The notes: generated by a model from the sequence alone, not told the origin. A stretch of 64,000 nucleotides of DNA from Candidatus Bathyarchaeota archaeon (GCA_963733095.1 CAVTBV010000001.1:64001-128000); one strand, 5' to 3'. Positions 31,392-41,299 are shown, numbered from the stretch's first letter. A program made the numbers and translations.

Positions 31392-34300
31392 ATGAAACAA
31401 CTCAAAGTAGCCTTCATAACAACAATCCCTACAGACACAATACCTTTCATCTCAGCCCTTAAAACGATAAACGAGCGTTTTGGTGAAATGGTACAGGCGC
31501 GTCTTTGGACGGGTGGAGACTTTAGGGATTTTGGCAGCATAGACGAGTTTATCCAGTTCGCCCAACAATCCCACATAGCCCTTGTACATTTGATGGGTAA
31601 CCTGCCTGAGTTTGATAGGCTCATAGCTTGCCTGAAAAGCACGGGCGTTCCAGTTTTGGTTGCTGCCTCTTTTTTTGGGCAAAAAGATTATCGGAGCCTT
31701 TCCACGGTGGATCAAGAGGACTACCCAAACATCTTTGGTTACCTTAATTATGGCGGGAAAAAGAACTTCGAGAATCTCATTTTGTACTTGGAAAACCGTT
31801 TCATGGGCGCTGCTTACGAGGTTAGTGCTCCTGTGCAGTCGCAATGGGAAGGAATCTATCATCCTGACTTTGATTACGTCCCTACCTTGGAGGAGTATCA
31901 GGAAAAGAAGGTTCAGCATGGCCGACTTACCGTCGGCGTGTGGTTCCATCAAAGTTCCTGGCAAGGCGGCAACACAAGCTTCATTGATAGCTTGGTCAAA
32001 GAAATTGAGTGCCAAGGTGCAAACGCCCTTCCAGTGTTCTTTAGCGGCTCAAAAAATGCCAACTTGGGAATGAACGGGTTAGAATGGGTAATTGAGCACT
32101 ATTTTATGAAAGAAGGCAAGCCAACTGTTGATGTGGTTATAAGTGCCCTGTCTTTTTCTTTAACAACATCTTTATCTGGCGCTGACTCGGTAGCTGCCCT
32201 CAAGAAACTAGGCGTTCCGATCATAAAGGCAATTACGACTTGTAACACGTTTGAAGAATGGCGCGATACGCTTCAAGGACTAAGCACTCTGGATATTCCT
32301 GCAAACATAGTTATGCCTGAGTTCGACGGAGCCTTGATTACTGTGCCTATTGCCGCGATGGATTTTTCCCAGACAAATTCTTCGACAGGAACCCGAATAA
32401 TCAAATATGAGCCTATCCCTGAAAGGGTTGCTAAACTGGTTCGTTTGAGCTTGAACTGGGGAAAGCTAAGGCGCCTTTCAAATAGTGAAAAGAAAGTTGC
32501 CATAATTTTCCACAATTATCCGCCCAGAAACGACACCATCGGTCACGCATTTGGCCTCGATTCCTCAGCCTCGGTCATGAATATTCTGCGAGATTTGAAG
32601 GAACAAGGCTACGTGTTAAATTGCATGCCTGAAAGCAGCCAGAAATTAATGGAAACCATAACTAATGGTTTGACAAATGACCGCAGGTGGGCAAGCTCAG
32701 AAGAACTTGCAGAACGATCTGTAGCCAAAATCTCAGTTGAACAATATGCGAAATGGTTCAGCGAATTGCCAACTGATGTAAGAGGCAAGATGGAGAAGGC
32801 TTGGGGGAAGCCGCCTGGCAAGCTTTTCAGCTACAACTGCAAGTTGCTGGTCGCTGGAATAATCAACGGCAATGTCTTCATTGGTCTGCAACCTCCTCGT
32901 GGTTACTTAGACAGTCCCTCATCTATCTATCACAGCCCAGACCTTCCAATTCCGCACCATTACTATGCGTATTACCACTGGATTCGGGATGTATTCAAAG
33001 CTAACGTAATCATGCATATTGGCACACATGGCACGTTGGAGTGGCTGCCTGGTAAAACTGCGGGTCTCTCAGCCTCCTGCTTTCCCGATATAGCCATCTC
33101 CGATTTACCCAATATTTATCCTTACATAATAACCAATCCAGGAGAAGGCACTCAAGCAAAGAGGCGAAGTTACTGCTGCATAATCGAACATATGGTTCCG
33201 ATCATGCACAACGCTGACACATATGAAGAGTTAGCTAAGGTTGAGGTTCAGTTGCAGGAGTATTATCATGCAAAAAATATTGACAAAGGAAAACTGCCTG
33301 TTTTGCAAAAGCTAATCTGGGAACAAGTGGTTCAAGCAAAGCTCGACCACGACCTTGAAGCCACTCAAGAATCTGCTTTCGTTGATTTTGACAACTTCTT
33401 AGAACGGTTACATGCGTACATAAATGAGCTGTCGGATGCGCAGATTCGGGATGGCCTACACATTCTAGGTGAGCCCCCAACTGATTTGCCTCTAGAAGAG
33501 TTCTTAGTAACTTTGACTAGATTGAGTAACGGCTCTGTGCCTTCCCTAAGACAGTCAATCGCTGAACTGAAGGGTTACGACTATGAGTCTTTGCTTGCGA
33601 ACAGAGGCAAATTGAACAGTGACGGCAAAACTAACGGCGACATAATCAAAGAATTGAACAACCTGTCCATGGAAATGATTAAGAAGTTTAATGCCGCTGG
33701 TTTCAGAGAGCCAAGCATCGACACAATAGCTATTAACGTGCTCGGAGCGAGTAGCCCTAAGATACGGCGTTGTCTTTACTACGTTGGGACTTTTCTTGCT
33801 CCTGCTTTGGCTGCCACTACTGATGAGTTAACCAATACCCTGTCCGCTTGTAAAGGGGGTTATGTTCCTTCAGGACCTTCAGGTTCCATGACAAGAGGCA
33901 TGGCTGATATTTTGCCTACAGGAAGGAATTTCTATTCTGTCGATCCACGGTCTGTTCCCTCGACTGCTTCTTGGCAGGTCGGTGTTGCTTTAGCTGATGC
34001 TTTGTTGGAGCGATATCTGAAAGAGGAAGGGCAGTATCCTGAGAGCGTTGGCATCATTATCTGGGCTACTGATACAATTAAAACTAAGGGCGATGATATC
34101 GCTGAGATTCTTTATTTGATGGGTGTGAAGCCCGTGTGGGAGGAGTCTAGTGGTCGTGTCGTTGGGGTTGAAGCTATTCCCCTTGAGACTTTAAAGCGTC
34201 CCCGTGTAGATGTCACCTTACGCATCAGTGGAATGTTCAGAGACGCATTTCCAAATGTGGTTCACCTAATAGATGAAGCGGTGGCATTGGTTGCTGGGCT

Positions 34301-35135
34301 TAAGGAGTCTTCGGAGCAGAACTATGTTGCTAAACATGTGGAAACTGAAGTAAAAGAGCGCACTGTCCAAGGAGTTGATGCGGAGAAAGCACGAGAGGAG
34401 GCACATTACAGGATTTTTGGTGACCGCCCTGGCGCTTACGGCGATGGGGTCAGTGATGCAATAGATTCTAAGAACTGGAAGGACCAAAAGGACCTAAGCG
34501 ATATCTACGTCACTTGGGGAAGCTATGCCTACACCCGTAAAACCTATGGGCGCCAAGTACCTGAGCAGTTCAAACTGCGACTAAGCAAGATTAACCTAAC
34601 AGTGAAGAATCAGGATTCACGTGAATTCGACATACTAGACGGCGACGACTGGTATAGTGCTCACGGCGGAATGATCACTGCTGTCAAGACGTTAGGGGGG
34701 AAAGCTCCTCGGTCTTACTGTGGAGATAGTTCTGACCCCGACCGCGTGAAAGTTAGGAGTACCAAGGAGGAGACTAATCATGTTTTTCGCTCGCGTCTTC
34801 TTAACCCTAAGTGGATTCAAAGTATGAAACGGCATGGCTACCAAGGTGCCGCTGACCTTTCTAGAACACTTGATACCGTTTTCGGCTGGGATGCTACAGT
34901 GGAGGCTGTTGAGGACTGGATGTATGAGGATTTGGCTAAGAAGTATGTGCTGAACGCAGAGATGCAGCAGTGGCTAAAGGAAGTAAATCCTTATGCTCTT
35001 CAAAACATGGTCGAGCGGCTTTTGGAAGCTGTTGAACGAAAAATGTGGCAGGCATCGGAGGACATGCAGAAGCAGTTACAGCAGCTTTACTTGAGCGTTG
35101 AAGGGTTGCTGGAAGGCGCGGCTGAAAAGAAGTAA
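31392..35135 (+). CDS. cobN: cobaltochelatase large subunit
   Basis: 1247 aa; NYPPR, QPPRG, HIGTHGTLEWLPGK, LPTGRNFY, RPRVDV, RLLNPKWI. Confidence 0.93.
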   Translation: MKQLKVAFITTIPTDTIPFISALKTINERFGEMVQARLWTGGDFRDFGSIDEFIQFAQQSHIALVHLMGNLPEFDRLIACLKSTGVPVLVAASFFGQKDYRSLSTVDQEDYPNIFGYLNYGGKKNFENLILYLENRFMGAAYEVSAPVQSQWEGIYHPDFDYVPTLEEYQEKKVQHGRLTVGVWFHQSSWQGGNTSFIDSLVKEIECQGANALPVFFSGSKNANLGMNGLEWVIEHYFMKEGKPTVDVVISALSFSLTTSLSGADSVAALKKLGVPIIKAITTCNTFEEWRDTLQGLSTLDIPANIVMPEFDGALITVPIAAMDFSQTNSSTGTRIIKYEPIPERVAKLVRLSLNWGKLRRLSNSEKKVAIIFHNYPPRNDTIGHAFGLDSSASVMNILRDLKEQGYVLNCMPESSQKLMETITNGLTNDRRWASSEELAERSVAKISVEQYAKWFSELPTDVRGKMEKAWGKPPGKLFSYNCKLLVAGIINGNVFIGLQPPRGYLDSPSSIYHSPDLPIPHHYYAYYHWIRDVFKANVIMHIGTHGTLEWLPGKTAGLSASCFPDIAISDLPNIYPYIITNPGEGTQAKRRSYCCIIEHMVPIMHNADTYEELAKVEVQLQEYYHAKNIDKGKLPVLQKLIWEQVVQAKLDHDLEATQESAFVDFDNFLERLHAYINELSDAQIRDGLHILGEPPTDLPLEEFLVTLTRLSNGSVPSLRQSIAELKGYDYESLLANRGKLNSDGKTNGDIIKELNNLSMEMIKKFNAAGFREPSIDTIAINVLGASSPKIRRCLYYVGTFLAPALAATTDELTNTLSACKGGYVPSGPSGSMTRGMADILPTGRNFYSVDPRSVPSTASWQVGVALADALLERYLKEEGQYPESVGIIIWATDTIKTKGDDIAEILYLMGVKPVWEESSGRVVGVEAIPLETLKRPRVDVTLRISGMFRDAFPNVVHLIDEAVALVAGLKESSEQNYVAKHVETEVKERTVQGVDAEKAREEAHYRIFGDRPGAYGDGVSDAIDSKNWKDQKDLSDIYVTWGSYAYTRKTYGRQVPEQFKLRLSKINLTVKNQDSREFDILDGDDWYSAHGGMITAVKTLGGKAPRSYCGDSSDPDRVKVRSTKEETNHVFRSRLLNPKWIQSMKRHGYQGAADLSRTLDTVFGWDATVEAVEDWMYEDLAKKYVLNAEMQQWLKEVNPYALQNMVERLLEAVERKMWQASEDMQKQLQQLYLSVEGLLEGAAEKK

Positions 35136-35155
35136 AAAAATAAGGCGGAATATGA

Positions 35156-35908
35156 ATGAAAGAAATCAATGAAAAATTAAGTGAAAAGAAAATCAACATC
35201 TCGCTGGATGAAGTAGATGCCAAGGTAATTTACCACATCTATGAGGGTTTTAAGCTTAACACGTTACTCGTCTCTTTTGGAGAAAAGCGCCGAGTTCTCT
35301 CAACTCTGGACGGCTACAAAGAGGTACTTTATGTTGCTAACACTTACACGCCTCTTCAATTATCCCAGCGCACAATGAAAAACTATCAAGAATTTAAGCG
35401 AAATTTTCCTCTGGCACTAGGAATTGATCCAATGACAATTGCTTTTTTGAGCACTGGCGTTGACATGGACCAATTAGCTATCTGCGAGAAGTCTTACGAA
35501 GAATTCAAGGTTTGCTGTTTGGCTACAGCTGGGGCGAAAGGCAACGCTTTACGGACAGGTGTGGAAACTGCAAGTTATGTAGAGCGACCTGGGCACTTCG
35601 TGAGTACAATTGGTACTATTAACGTGATTCTTTTGACTAACGCTACTTTAAGTGAAGGCGCCATTGCTAGAGCCATTATCACGGTTACAGAGGCAAAGAC
35701 TGCTGCGCTCCAAGATTTAGATGTGAGAAGCACCTTTTCGCCTCAGTATCAAGCGACTGGTACAGGAACTGATAACATGATTGTTGTTTCTGGAAAAATG
35801 GGTAAGCCACTACTGTTAACCAGTGGTCACACCAAGATTGGTGAGTTGATTGGCAATTCAACTAAGATTGCGGTTACCGAGGCGTTAAAAAAACATGATG
35901 GTCTATGA
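35156..35908 (+). CDS. cbiZ: adenosylcobinamide amidohydrolase
   Basis: ATAGAKGNA, GTINVIL, TEAKTAAL, ATGTGTD. Confidence 0.85.
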   Translation: MKEINEKLSEKKINISLDEVDAKVIYHIYEGFKLNTLLVSFGEKRRVLSTLDGYKEVLYVANTYTPLQLSQRTMKNYQEFKRNFPLALGIDPMTIAFLSTGVDMDQLAICEKSYEEFKVCCLATAGAKGNALRTGVETASYVERPGHFVSTIGTINVILLTNATLSEGAIARAIITVTEAKTAALQDLDVRSTFSPQYQATGTGTDNMIVVSGKMGKPLLLTSGHTKIGELIGNSTKIAVTEALKKHDGL

Positions 35909-35966
35909 CGAGGCTGAAATGATGTATGCAACAATTGAAACAAAGAATCCATGGAGGTATTGAGGG

Positions 35967-36827
35967 TTGAAAGAATTTATTGTAACCGAAAAATTCACCA
36001 AAAACTATGGTAAAGTAAAAGCCGTTGAAAACTTGAACTTAACCGTTTATCAGGGGGAAATTTTTGGTTTCTTGGGACCTAACGGCGCTGGCAAGACTAC
36101 AACTATCCGCGTAATGACTACTTTAACGAAACCAACTTCAGGTTGTGTACGGATAAACGGTTTTGACGTAGTGAAAGAAGCGGAGAAAGTAAAGGAAGTT
36201 ATTGGCGTGGTGCAGCAGCATTTGACATTAGATCAAGATTTAACGCTACGGGAGAATATGGAGTTTCACGCGCGCCTGCATCACATTAATTCCGCTGAGC
36301 GTAAACGACGTATCAACGAGTTACTTGAATATGTTGAACTCACTGAGTATGCTGACCGTATGGTTAATACTCTTTCAGGTGGCATGAAAAAGCGTGCCGC
36401 AATTGTCAGTTCTTTGTTGCATGAACCTAAGGTTTTGTTTTTGGATGAGCCGACTGTTGGGTTGGATGCTCAGGGACGGCGCCGTTTGTGGGATCTGGTG
36501 CGCCGTTTGAACTTGGATGGCACCACGATTTTTCTTACTACGCATTATATTGAGGAGGCCGAGGCTTTGTGTGGGCGTGTGGGTGTTATGCATCATGGGC
36601 GGTTGATTGCTTTGGATACGCCTTTGGCGTTGCGTGAGAAGGTGGGGTCGGTTGTTGTGGAGTCTCTTGTGGATAAAGAGACACACTATAGGATTTTTGC
36701 TAATAGGGCGGCGGCGAATAGTTATGCGCAGACGTTACCGTCTGATGCTAGAACGGTTACTATTCGTGATTCAAATTTGGAGGATGTTTTTGTGGAGTTA
36801 ACTGGTCAAAAGGTTGGTGACGTCTAA
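35967..36827 (+). CDS. ABC-2 exporter ATPase (DrrA/NodI-like)
   Basis: GPNGAGKTT, LSGGMKKR, LDEPTVGLD, LEDVFVELTG. Confidence 0.9.
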   Translation: MKEFIVTEKFTKNYGKVKAVENLNLTVYQGEIFGFLGPNGAGKTTTIRVMTTLTKPTSGCVRINGFDVVKEAEKVKEVIGVVQQHLTLDQDLTLRENMEFHARLHHINSAERKRRINELLEYVELTEYADRMVNTLSGGMKKRAAIVSSLLHEPKVLFLDEPTVGLDAQGRRRLWDLVRRLNLDGTTIFLTTHYIEEAEALCGRVGVMHHGRLIALDTPLALREKVGSVVVESLVDKETHYRIFANRAAANSYAQTLPSDARTVTIRDSNLEDVFVELTGQKVGDV

Positions 36828-37576
36828 TGCTAAATGCGTTGAGTGATATTTCTTCTGTTTTGTATGCGGATTTACGGAATTTGAGACGCCACTTGCGCTC
36901 GCTGGTCGCCACAAGTCTTATTCAGCCTCTTCTGTATTTGGTAGCGTTTGGTTATGGTTTAGGTCAAGGCGTCAATATTGGCGGTGTTAGCTACTTAGCG
37001 TTTGTTATTCCGGGTATTATTGCATTGACCGCGTTTTCGACTAGTTTCTCCGGGGCTTCGGCGAAGCTGCAAGTGGACCGCTTATTTTACAAGACCTTTG
37101 ATGAATATTTGATGGCGCCTGTGAGCCTCTATTCGATTGTTGTAGGTAAGGCTTTGGTCGGTGTAGTGCGCAGCTTGATTACCTCTGTTGCTATACTGGT
37201 AGTTGGCCTCGTTCTTTCGCCTTTGCTGATAGTTAGTCCGTTGTTTGTGCTGGTTTTGTTTGTGTCGTGTTTTGTGTTTTCGTTATTCGGGGTGCTTGTT
37301 GCGTTTTTGATAAACTCCCATCAGAACATGAGCGCTTTTAGCAACCTAGTCATCTTGCCTATGACCTTTTTATGCGGCACTTTTTTTTCTTTTAGTGGGT
37401 TGCCTGTTGCGGCGCAGGGGGTGTTGTATGTTTTGCCTCTTACGCATGCGAGTCTGTGTTTGCGTGCAGCGGCTTTGGGGCAAGCGTTTCCATGGTTTTC
37501 TTTTGCAGTTCTTCTTGGCTTCGGAATGGCTTTCTTCTTAGGCTCCATGGTTGCCCTGAAAAAGAATAGTGTATGA
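36827..37576 (+). CDS. ABC-2 exporter permease
   Basis: QPLLYLVAFG, YLAFVIPG, PMTFLCGTFF, LPLTHA. Confidence 0.88.
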   Translation: MLNALSDISSVLYADLRNLRRHLRSLVATSLIQPLLYLVAFGYGLGQGVNIGGVSYLAFVIPGIIALTAFSTSFSGASAKLQVDRLFYKTFDEYLMAPVSLYSIVVGKALVGVVRSLITSVAILVVGLVLSPLLIVSPLFVLVLFVSCFVFSLFGVLVAFLINSHQNMSAFSNLVILPMTFLCGTFFSFSGLPVAAQGVLYVLPLTHASLCLRAAALGQAFPWFSFAVLLGFGMAFFLGSMVALKKNSV

Positions 37577-37605
37577 GGGATCAATTGATGATAGCGGATA
37601 AAACT

Positions 37606-37635
37606 ATGAAACAACTCAAAATGGCTTGTGTAATA
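37606..37635 (+). pseudogene. fragment homologous to the cobN 5' end
   Basis: ATGAAACAACTCAAA identical to 31392-31406; MKQLKMACVI vs MKQLKVAFIT. Confidence 0.5.
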
Positions 37636-37666
37636 CGCTTGCTAAGTGAAATTGGAGTGGTGTAGT

Positions 37667-38191
37667 ATGAAACCAGTGTTGCTTGTGATTGATGCTCAAA
37701 ACGGGTGGCTGGGGATGTCTGAGGGGTTGAAAAGGTCGGTGGATGAACACGTCGGCAACATGTGCAAGGCAATCTCAATATTTCGCAAAGCTGGTGCACC
37801 CATAATTTTTACTTATCACTCCTGCAGCGCTAAAGAAATCATGCCTGGAACCAAAGAGTTTGAACTTTTCCCCAACATAGGTTTCGAGGCTATAGATGGA
37901 ATACTGGTGAAGACCTATGCCAACGCTTTTAATAAGACACAACTGGAAACTATGATTCGAGACAGAAAATGCGATACAGTTTTCCTTATTGGGCTTAGTG
38001 CCATGCATTGCGTTTTTGCTACTTATCACGGTGCGTATGATCATGACTTGATTCCCTATTTAGTAAGAGGTGCAGTGGCTGGGCCAGACGCGGAATCTAT
38101 TCAGACGGCGGAGAGGATCTGTGACACGCTGAGTTTGCGAGCGATATCGCAGATTTTGGAACAGGACCCGCAAGTTACAAGTATGGGCTAA
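37667..38191 (+). CDS. isochorismatase-family cysteine hydrolase
   Basis: LLVIDAQN, KTYANAF, GLSAMHCV. Confidence 0.85.
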   Translation: MKPVLLVIDAQNGWLGMSEGLKRSVDEHVGNMCKAISIFRKAGAPIIFTYHSCSAKEIMPGTKEFELFPNIGFEAIDGILVKTYANAFNKTQLETMIRDRKCDTVFLIGLSAMHCVFATYHGAYDHDLIPYLVRGAVAGPDAESIQTAERICDTLSLRAISQILEQDPQVTSMG

Positions 38192-38194
38192 GGG

Positions 38195-38301
38195 CTAGGG
38201 GTAATGGGAGCCGTTGGGCGAGTAGTCCTAAATAAACTTGGGTTTAAAGCAGATTTTGAATTCGGCATAAGACCTCAATGTAATTAATCCAAAAATTGGC
38301 G
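38195..38301 (+). pseudogene. fused fragments of a paralogous regulator and chelatase
   Basis: LGVMGAVGRVVLNKLGFKADFEFGI matches 26007-26083; LNVINPKIG matches 26471-26498. Confidence 0.85.
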
Positions 38302-38368
38302 AATAACTATGCGTGTTGCTGGTTTCTTGCATTTGAATCCTTTGTTATTTTATCCAAAAGTATGTTGT

Positions 38369-38491
38369 TGGCGCCGGGGAAGGGATTCGAACCCCTGCGA
38401 GCACGAAGCCCACCAGCTATCTTGCCTTTTGGCTAGCCCTCTTTTGTGTTTGATCTCGAGGCTGGCGCGATAACCACTCCGCCACCCCGGC
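38369..38491 (-). tRNA. tRNA-Ser(CGA) with 36-nt intron at 37/38 (38419-38454), CCA encoded
   Basis: GCCGGGG/CCCCGGC acceptor, CCAGC-CTCGAG^A-GCTGG anticodon arm, long variable arm, GGTTCGAATCC. Confidence 0.92.
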
Positions 38492-39063
38492 TCCAGCCTA
38501 AACATTTGCATTGTGGCTAAAAGAGTTTTCAGTAGAAAACAAATATGCCTGTTCTTCTCCCGATTTCATCTGATTCCTCAGCAAACTTGAACAAATAAGA
38601 AGTATGGCTTTCAACATACCCATAACACCACAAACAACCAAAACTAACATGCCTCTCTTAACGATAGTAAAAACAATCTTCTCCTCAACGCTATGTAGTT
38701 GTAAATTTGCTTTCAAATCTGCCACAATAACGTCGAACTGCCAAGGTTGATGGCCAGAAGGAAGGACGGCGTGGACGGGAGGAAGTTGTTGTTGTTGCTG
38801 CTGCTGCAACTGCATTCTGCACACCAGTTGCAACAACAACCAAAGAAGGCTACATTTACGCCTAAAGACTTGACCGATAAAGTATGACAACAACTGAACC
38901 CAAAGAAGATACAACCACTGCTGCAACAACAGAATTTTGCACAAAGACTGTTGAATCTTTCAAGACTAACCTCAAATCAATCAGTTTAACCGTGCGTCTT
39001 GAAGATTTTTGATCAAACCAACTCACAACCGCAAAAAACGAAAATTTATTTTGGGAGCAGAAA

Positions 39064-39100
39064 TCTTTATCCTTTGCAACGGAAGTTTACTATTAGGAAC
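39064..39100 (+). repeat. degenerate copy of the dispersed repeat
   Basis: TCTTTATCCTTTGCAAC...ACTATTAGGA; the last 10 nt are identical to 60611-60620. Confidence 0.4.
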
Positions 39101-39227
39101 TTTGACGTCACCTGCAACCTGAGGCTGGTTAATTTCTTTTCCACTGGATGCGCTCTACTTTTGAGTTCTTAACGGCAACATTTATAACCCCTTTTACTAT
39201 TTGCTAAAGGCGCGAAGCGGAAGTACT

Positions 39228-40241
39228 ATGGGACATCGTAAAACTCATGCTCCAAAACATGGTTCATTAGCCTATTTGCCTAGGCACCGTGCAAAGAAAC
39301 CAACTGCACGAATCAGATACTGGCCAGAAACAACGTCAGATTCTCCTAAACTTTTAGGTTTCACATCCTACAAAGCAGGCATGACTTATATCTTCACCAT
39401 CGAAGACCATAAACGTTCTCCACACTTTGGAAAAGAAGTCATGCGGGCAGTAACCATTCTTGAAACTCCACCGATAATTATCTGTGGTATTAGAACTTAC
39501 ACTAAAACACCCTACGGGCTCCAAAACATCACTGAAGCCTGGATGAAAGATCCACCAGCAATCCTTGACAGATTGATGGTTTTACCGGATAACTTTGACA
39601 CTGAAGCAATGCTTCAGAAAATCCAAGAAAACCTCGAACACACAGACGTAGTTCGAGTCATAACCGCTACACAACCCAGTCAAACAAGCCTTTCAAAGAA
39701 GAAGCCTGAATCCTGCGAAATCCAAATCGGCGGCGGAACAATCCAGCAACAATTCGAATACGCCAAACAACTCTTGGGCAAAACAGTAACGCCCGAAGAA
39801 GTCTTCAAAGACGGCCAATACATCGACGTAGCCGGAATCACAGTCGGCAAGGGCTATCAGGGTCCAGTTAAACGCTGGGGAGTAACCTGCCTGCAGCATA
39901 AGGGCAGAAAAACCAAACGAGGCATCGCAACATTAGGTCCATGGAACCCCCACCACCTCATGTACAGCATCCCACGAGCAGGCCAGATGGGCTATCACCA
40001 ACGCATCGAATTCAACAAACGCATATTAAAAATCGGCAAAAACGGCAAAGAAGTCACCGTTAAAGGCGGATACATCCGTTACGGCGAAGTAAACGGACCC
40101 TACGTCCTAATCGAAGGAAGCGTACCCGGAACAGAAAAACGCCAAATCCGCCTAAGAGCTCCAGCACGTCCACCCACCGAAACACCCGAAGCAGCACCAC
40201 AAGTCACATATATCTCGCTGGAGTCCCCACAAGGAAAATAG
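39228..40241 (+). CDS. rpl3: 50S ribosomal protein uL3
   Basis: PKHGSLAYLPR, YKAGMT, GKGYQGPVKRWG, PRAGQMGYHQR. Confidence 0.97.
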   Translation: MGHRKTHAPKHGSLAYLPRHRAKKPTARIRYWPETTSDSPKLLGFTSYKAGMTYIFTIEDHKRSPHFGKEVMRAVTILETPPIIICGIRTYTKTPYGLQNITEAWMKDPPAILDRLMVLPDNFDTEAMLQKIQENLEHTDVVRVITATQPSQTSLSKKKPESCEIQIGGGTIQQQFEYAKQLLGKTVTPEEVFKDGQYIDVAGITVGKGYQGPVKRWGVTCLQHKGRKTKRGIATLGPWNPHHLMYSIPRAGQMGYHQRIEFNKRILKIGKNGKEVTVKGGYIRYGEVNGPYVLIEGSVPGTEKRQIRLRAPARPPTETPEAAPQVTYISLESPQGK

Positions 40242-40253
40242 GAGAAATAAGCC

Positions 40254-41039
40254 ATGGCACAAAAAACAGCAGAAATCTTCGACTTACAGGGTAAAGCAAC
40301 AGGTAAAATTACACTTCCAAGCGTTTTCTCTACACCCCTAAGACCCGACGTTATAAAACGCGCCGTCTTAGCAATACAATCCAACCGAAGACAGCCACAA
40401 GGCAGAGACCCCATGGCTGGAAAGAAAACCACCGCAGAATCACGCGGAACCGGAAGTGCAACCGCAAGAGTTCCACGAATAAAAAGCGGCAGTGGAAGAG
40501 CAGCTTTTGCCCCAAGCACAGTTAAAGGAAGACAACCCCACCCGCCAAGAGCAGAAAAGAAAATACTGCGTGCCATTCCAAAGAAGGAAGCAAAACTCGC
40601 ATTAACTTCCGCAATCGCAGCAACTGCACAAAAAGAAACCGTAACTTCCAGAGGACACAAAATCGGAAATGCTCCAGCGTTTCCGTTGATAGTTGAAGAT
40701 GCCCTTGAAGGCTTAACCAAAGCAAAAGAAGTCGAAGACGCATTTACAAGCATAGGCATAAGCGAAGATCTAGTTAGAGTCCGTGACAGCCGCAACATCC
40801 GCGCTGGCAAAGGTAAACGACGAGGCAGAAAAATGAAGCAAGCCGTTGGACCACTCATCGTAGTTGTTGACGGTAAAACCTTAGTTAATGCCGCAAACAA
40901 CCTTCCAGGCGTAGAAGTAACCACAGTAGCTAACCTTAACACTGAAATGCTCGCACCCGGAACTCATGCAGGACGATTAACTGTTTGGACTAATGGCGCT
41001 ATCGAAAAATTAACCACTCTTTATGGAGAACAAATTTAA
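40254..41039 (+). CDS. rpl4: 50S ribosomal protein uL4
   Basis: RPDVIKRAV, QPQGRDPMAG, RAGKGKRRGR, LAPGTHAGRLT. Confidence 0.97.
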   Translation: MAQKTAEIFDLQGKATGKITLPSVFSTPLRPDVIKRAVLAIQSNRRQPQGRDPMAGKKTTAESRGTGSATARVPRIKSGSGRAAFAPSTVKGRQPHPPRAEKKILRAIPKKEAKLALTSAIAATAQKETVTSRGHKIGNAPAFPLIVEDALEGLTKAKEVEDAFTSIGISEDLVRVRDSRNIRAGKGKRRGRKMKQAVGPLIVVVDGKTLVNAANNLPGVEVTTVANLNTEMLAPGTHAGRLTVWTNGAIEKLTTLYGEQI

Positions 41040-41299
41040 TGGACATTAATGATATAATTTCTTTTCCGTTGATGACCGAATCCGCCAGCGTTATGGTTGA
41101 ACGAGACAACAAACTAATCTTCGTAGTTAACCTCAAAGCAGGCAAAACTGACGTTAAACGCGCCGTCGAGACACTCTACGAAGTAAAGGTTAGCAAGATA
41201 AACATGCTTATAACTCCTCAAGGCGTAAAGAAAGCGTTCGTGAAGCTAAAACCAGAATTTAGAGCTTCAGACGTTGCAATTAAACTTGGAATACTCTAA
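41039..41299 (+). CDS. rpl23: 50S ribosomal protein uL23
   Basis: PLMTESA, NKLIFVV, GVKKAFVKL, AIKLGIL. Confidence 0.95.
   Translation: MDINDIISFPLMTESASVMVERDNKLIFVVNLKAGKTDVKRAVETLYEVKVSKINMLITPQGVKKAFVKLKPEFRASDVAIKLGIL

Larger units (their letters stand above)
25069..38389. mobile_element. tRNA-Ser-integrated genomic island (corrinoid cluster), no integrase visible
   Basis: 21-bp direct repeats 13,300 bp apart, one being the tRNA 3' end; functionally coherent cargo. Confidence 0.8.

Noticed and set aside
31452-32073. Long alternative-frame and antisense ORFs inside cobN (similar ones lie in rpl4, fprA and cdc6)
   Set aside because: Shadows of well-supported genes, with no motifs of their own
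38498-38944. 148-aa polyQ ORF on the minus strand
   Set aside because: Arises from triplet low complexity; other frames give equally odd Cys- or Val/Ala-rich text
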